A stretch of DNA of 32,000 bases, taken from contig NC_016012.1 in assembly GCF_000283555.1 (NCBI RefSeq), forward strand, positions 270,001 through 302,000. Reading direction: 5' to 3'. The translations under genes were made by a program, and so were the position numbers. Source of the stretch: Candidatus Arthromitus sp. SFB-rat-Yit. GTDB taxonomy: Bacteria > Bacillota > Clostridia > Clostridiales > Clostridiaceae. Of the stretch, positions 27,960 to 32,000 are shown piece after piece (within the stretch, counting starts at the first letter, position 1; each line of letters begins with the position of its first letter). The notes under the pieces were generated by a model. That model worked only from the letters and a program-made list of their open reading frames with translations. It did not search any database and was not told where the DNA came from.

Positions 27960-28781
27960 ATGAGGAGAAGTAGTATTTTCAGTAGGGAATATGAGAAGAA
28001 AATAAGAAAAAAGCGATTTATTATATTAATATTGATTTTAACTTTTTTAATTATAGGGGTATTTTACATAGTCAATTTTTCCAAAATTAATAATTATTTA
28101 AGAGATAAATATTATTCACTTATATCTAAAGAGATTTCCAATACAAATGAAATAGAAGTGGATAAGTATGATGAAAATGATACAAATAATATTAATGAAG
28201 AAACTCGTATTCCATTAGAAGAAAATATCGATAATAATGAGCTTGATAGATTGATTTACAATGTAATTTTAGGAGATAACGAATTAAAAATTTCATATAT
28301 GAAGGATGAAAATAATATTAAATTTTTAGGATTAATTGATACATTAGATTCGAAATATAGTTTTGATATATCACCGAATAAACAGAAAATTTTGATAGAA
28401 AATAATATTACTCAAGATGTATATATGGTTGATTCTATACTTAATACTTTTAAATTGGATCCAGAGTTTTTTTATTCTAATTCAGCTAAAAATAGATTTT
28501 ATAAAAATGATATAAGGAATACATACGAAAATTATGCTTGGTATAAATCCGCTAAATTTTTAGATGATAATACTGTGGTGTATGTTAGCAATCTTCCATG
28601 GTTTGGTAGAAATGAACAATATGTATGGAGGACGGATGTAAGTGATACACAAGATATAAAGCACTTTATGACAAGTATAGCTGGTGAAAATATTGAGTTT
28701 GGAGAGTTGACAGAGCATGGGATTAAAGTTAATATAAATAATGAAATGAAGTTATTAACATTTTCTTTTGTTCTTAATTAG
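27960..28781 (+). CDS. Hypothetical single-pass membrane protein
   Basis: Basic N-terminus, one TM ('FIILILILTFLIIGVFYIV'), extracytoplasmic region without recognised motif. ATG 27960 preceded by 'ggaggtaagg'. Confidence 0.65.
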   Translation: MRRSSIFSREYEKKIRKKRFIILILILTFLIIGVFYIVNFSKINNYLRDKYYSLISKEISNTNEIEVDKYDENDTNNINEETRIPLEENIDNNELDRLIYNVILGDNELKISYMKDENNIKFLGLIDTLDSKYSFDISPNKQKILIENNITQDVYMVDSILNTFKLDPEFFYSNSAKNRFYKNDIRNTYENYAWYKSAKFLDDNTVVYVSNLPWFGRNEQYVWRTDVSDTQDIKHFMTSIAGENIEFGELTEHGIKVNINNEMKLLTFSFVLN

Positions 28782-28857
28782 TAATCTTGTGTTGATTTTA
28801 ATGATTTATTGGTTTATATATTTTTAGAAATATTGGTTAATTAGGAGGAATTTTGTA

Positions 28858-30156
28858 ATGAATGTTCAGTTAAATAATCTTGAAGATAGTAGGGTAGAAT
28901 TTGTTATCAAGGTAGATAGGAAAGAATTTGATGATGCTATACATATGTCTTTTAAGAAGAATGTTTCTAAATATAATGTGCCTGGATTTAGGAAAGGTAA
29001 AATTCCTTTTAAGATCTTTGAACAAATGGTTGGAATTGAGGTGCTTTATAATGATGCTGCAAATGTTGTAATAGATAAGACTTATAAAAATGCTATTGAA
29101 GATAATAAAATCGAAGTTGTGGATTACCCTAATATAGAAATTATAAATTGCAAATTGGGTGAAGATTTTGAATATAAAGCAATTGTATATGTTAAACCTG
29201 AGGTAGTACTTGGGGAATATAAGGGATTAGGTGTTGAAGAAGTTACATATGATGTGAGCGATAGTGATATTGATCAGGAGTTGCAAAATTTAAGAGAGCA
29301 AAATGCACGTATTGTTTTAAAAGATGGAGCTATTGAAGAGGGAGATATAGCTATAATAGATTTTAAAGGATTTGTAGATAATAAGCCATTTGATGGTGGA
29401 GAAGCTAAAGATTATACTTTAGTTATAGGATCAAAGAGTTTCATAGATACTTTTGAGGATCAGCTTGTTGGAAAATCTAAAGGTGATAATGTTGATGTAA
29501 ATGTGGTATTTCCAAATGATTATGGTGTTGATTCATTGAAGGGTAAGGAAGCTAAATTTGAAGTTGCTATAAAAGATGTAAAAGTAAAAGAATTAGAGGA
29601 ATTGAATGATGATTTTGCAAAAAATTATTCTGAATTTACTACTTTAGATGAACTAAGAAATAGTATAAAAGAGAAAAAAAATAAAGAGAATGAAAATAAA
29701 CAAAAATATGAGTTTGAGAATTCTGTTATAGAAAAAGTATGTAATAATGCTAAGGTTGACATTCCAGAACCAATGATACAGAGTGAAATTGACAGACTTA
29801 TACATGATTTTGAAAATAAAGTTAAGTATCAAGGTACAACTTTAGATCAATATTGTAAATATTATGGTATAGAGTTAGAAGATATAAGAAATAATTTTAG
29901 AGATAGGGCATCTAAGCAGGTATTATCTAACTTGGTTATAGAAAAAATATCTAAGGAAGAAAATATATTATCAAATAAAGATGATATTGAAGCTAAAGCT
30001 TTAGAGTTAGCTAAGATGTATTCTCAAGATGAAAATAAAATTAATTCTATTAAAGAGAGTCTTTTAGCGACATATAATGATTCTTTAGAAAGAGATGTAA
30101 TTATGTCAAAAACTATAGAATTTTTAGTAAATCATAATAAAAAGAAAAGTAATTAA
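28858..30156 (+). CDS. tig: Trigger factor (ribosome-associated chaperone/PPIase)
   Basis: 'VPGFRKGKIPFKIFEQMVG' ribosome-binding signature, FKBP-like middle domain 'GDIAIIDFKGFVDNKPFDGG', upstream of clpP-clpX. Confidence 0.97.
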   Translation: MNVQLNNLEDSRVEFVIKVDRKEFDDAIHMSFKKNVSKYNVPGFRKGKIPFKIFEQMVGIEVLYNDAANVVIDKTYKNAIEDNKIEVVDYPNIEIINCKLGEDFEYKAIVYVKPEVVLGEYKGLGVEEVTYDVSDSDIDQELQNLREQNARIVLKDGAIEEGDIAIIDFKGFVDNKPFDGGEAKDYTLVIGSKSFIDTFEDQLVGKSKGDNVDVNVVFPNDYGVDSLKGKEAKFEVAIKDVKVKELEELNDDFAKNYSEFTTLDELRNSIKEKKNKENENKQKYEFENSVIEKVCNNAKVDIPEPMIQSEIDRLIHDFENKVKYQGTTLDQYCKYYGIELEDIRNNFRDRASKQVLSNLVIEKISKEENILSNKDDIEAKALELAKMYSQDENKINSIKESLLATYNDSLERDVIMSKTIEFLVNHNKKKSN

Positions 30157-30179
30157 TAGAGTGTTAAAGGAGGAGACTT

Positions 30180-30767
30180 ATGGCATTAGTACCTATAGTT
30201 GTTGAGCAAACAAGTAAGGGTGAACGTTCTTATGATATATATTCAAGGTTGTTAAAGGAACGTATAATCTTTTTAGGAGATGAGGTTAATGATGTTACAG
30301 CAAGTTTAATAGTTGCTCAGTTGTTATTTCTTGAGAGTGAAGATACTGATAAAGATATACATTTATATATAAATAGTCCCGGAGGGTCTATAACAGCAGG
30401 TATGGCTATATATGATACTATGCAGTATATAAAGCCTGATGTATCCACGATTTGTATAGGTATGGCTGCATCTATGGGTGCATTTTTATTATCTTCTGGA
30501 GCAAAAGGTAAGAGATTTGCATTGCCTAATAGTGAAATAATGATACATCAACCACTAGGTGGATTTAGAGGGCAGGCAACAGATATAGATATACATGCAA
30601 AGAGAATATTAAGAATGAAGAATGATTTAAACAAAATACTTAGTGAGAATACGGGAAAGCCGCTATCTCAAATAGAGTTAGATGTTGAAAGAGATTATTT
30701 TTTGGGTTCTTATGAGGCTAAAGAATATGGTTTAATAGATAATGTTATAAGTAAGAAGGTTAAATAA
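30180..30767 (+). CDS. clpP: ATP-dependent Clp protease proteolytic subunit
   Basis: '[16 protein letters not shown]', '[22 protein letters not shown]', '[13 protein letters not shown]' (Ser), 'IMIHQPLGG' (His). Confidence 0.98.
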   Translation: MALVPIVVEQTSKGERSYDIYSRLLKERIIFLGDEVNDVTASLIVAQLLFLESEDTDKDIHLYINSPGGSITAGMAIYDTMQYIKPDVSTICIGMAASMGAFLLSSGAKGKRFALPNSEIMIHQPLGGFRGQATDIDIHAKRILRMKNDLNKILSENTGKPLSQIELDVERDYFLGSYEAKEYGLIDNVISKKVK

Positions 30768-30794
30768 TATTAAATCTATTTGCGGGGTGTGGTT

Positions 30795-32000
30795 ATGGCG
30801 AAATTGGATGAAAATAAGCAATTAAAGTGTTCTTTTTGTGGGAAAAATCAAGAGCAAGTAAAAAGGTTAATTGCTGGTCCAGGGGTTTATATATGTGATG
30901 AATGTATAAATTTATGTTCGGAAATAATAACAGATGATTGTGTAGATGATCAAAAGGTAGGACTATCTAAGGTACCTAAACCTAAAGAGATAAAGGATTA
31001 TTTAGATCAATATATTATAGGTCAAGATAGAGCTAAAAGATCTGTGTCGGTTGCTATATATAACCATTATAAGAGAATCAATTCACTTATAAAAGATGAT
31101 AGTGTCGAGATACAGAAAAGTAATATATTGTTATTAGGACCAACGGGATCAGGTAAAACTTTAATAGCACAGACTTTAGCGAGATTTTTGAATGTACCAT
31201 TTGCTATAGCTGATGCTACTACTTTAACTGAGGCTGGTTATGTTGGAGAAGATGTAGAGAATATATTACTAAAATTAATACAAAATGCTGATTATGATGT
31301 GGAGCGAGCTGAAAAAGGAATAATATACATAGATGAGATAGATAAAATTGCTAGAAAATCTGAAAATCCTTCCATAACTAGAGATGTATCTGGTGAAGGT
31401 GTACAACAAGCATTACTCAAGATATTGGAAGGTACTGTAGCATCTGTTCCACCTCAAGGTGGTAGGAAACATCCTCATCAAGAATTTATACAAATAAATA
31501 CTTCTAATATATTATTTATTTGTGGTGGCGCTTTTGATGGGATGGAAAAAATTATAGAGCAAAGAATTAGCGTTAGGGGCATGGGATTTGGCGCAGATAT
31601 ACCCTCTAAAGAAAATAAAGAATTAGACAAGATATTTGGTAATATATTGCCAGAAGATTTATTGAAATTTGGTCTTATACCTGAGTTTATAGGTCGTTTA
31701 CCTATACTTGTTTCATTAAATGCATTGACTGTAGAAGCGTTAGTTAGGATACTAAAGGAACCTAAGAATGCTATAGTTAAACAGTATAAGAAGTTATTTG
31801 AATATGATAATGTTGAATTAGAGTTTGAAGAACAAGCACTTGAATCTATATCAAAAAAAGCTATTAGTAGAAATACTGGAGCAAGAGGTCTTAGAACTAT
31901 AGTTGAAGACTTGTTAATTGATGTTATGTATAATATACCTTCAGATAAAAACATAGATAAAGTTGTAGTAACTGAAAAGAGTATAGATGATAAAAAAATA
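30795..32000 (+). CDS. clpX: ATP-dependent Clp protease ATP-binding subunit ClpX (3' end outside window)
   Basis: Not in ORF track because it runs off the edge. ATG 30795: [41 protein letters not shown]..., Walker A '[18 protein letters not shown]', Walker B '[11 protein letters not shown]', '[12 protein letters not shown]', '[10 protein letters not shown]'. Confidence 0.98.
   Translation, partial: MAKLDENKQLKCSFCGKNQEQVKRLIAGPGVYICDECINLCSEIITDDCVDDQKVGLSKVPKPKEIKDYLDQYIIGQDRAKRSVSVAIYNHYKRINSLIKDDSVEIQKSNILLLGPTGSGKTLIAQTLARFLNVPFAIADATTLTEAGYVGEDVENILLKLIQNADYDVERAEKGIIYIDEIDKIARKSENPSITRDVSGEGVQQALLKILEGTVASVPPQGGRKHPHQEFIQINTSNILFICGGAFDGMEKIIEQRISVRGMGFGADIPSKENKELDKIFGNILPEDLLKFGLIPEFIGRLPILVSLNALTVEALVRILKEPKNAIVKQYKKLFEYDNVELEFEEQALESISKKAISRNTGARGLRTIVEDLLIDVMYNIPSDKNIDKVVVTEKSIDDKKI

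Noticed and set aside
31478-31954. Minus-strand 158-aa ORF near the window end
   Set aside because: Antisense to clpX, which is conserved throughout this region.

Overview
This is a very AT-rich Firmicutes chromosome segment. Gene content and composition suggest a host-associated clostridial lineage such as segmented filamentous bacteria/Candidatus Arthromitus, but that is an inference. From left to right it contains: the 3' part of a 23S rRNA, a 5S rRNA and terminator; a NanE-like pseudoenzyme candidate; a polysaccharide deacetylase; a two-component system with a lipoprotein; YedF; a RusA-like nuclease on the minus strand; TsaD; an alpha/beta-hydrolase-like membrane protein; an HtrA protease; an ABC-F ATPase on the minus strand; a sialic acid/ManNAc catabolic cluster (nanE-nanA-SSS transporter-ROK kinase); MntP; a Fur-family regulator; a divergent zinc uptake locus (znuCB / znuA); a hypothetical protein; two adjacent rhomboid-like proteins; a DUF1232/YkvA-like protein; a small glycine-rich protein; an alpha/beta-type SASP on the minus strand that the ORF track missed; an M23 peptidase; a membrane protein; and tig-clpP-clpX (clpX runs off the end and is also absent from the track). 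I see no CRISPR array, transposon, phage module or classical defence island. The most interesting signal is a set of proteins whose folds look intact but whose catalytic residues are replaced: a NanE paralogue (K66N and others), an alpha/beta hydrolase (nucleophile Ser to Gly), two adjacent rhomboid-family proteins lacking both Ser and His, and possibly the RusA-like protein. Also notable are face-to-face overlapping divergent znu promoters with a candidate 7-1-7 operator, and a bidirectional terminator that encodes the C-termini of two convergent genes.
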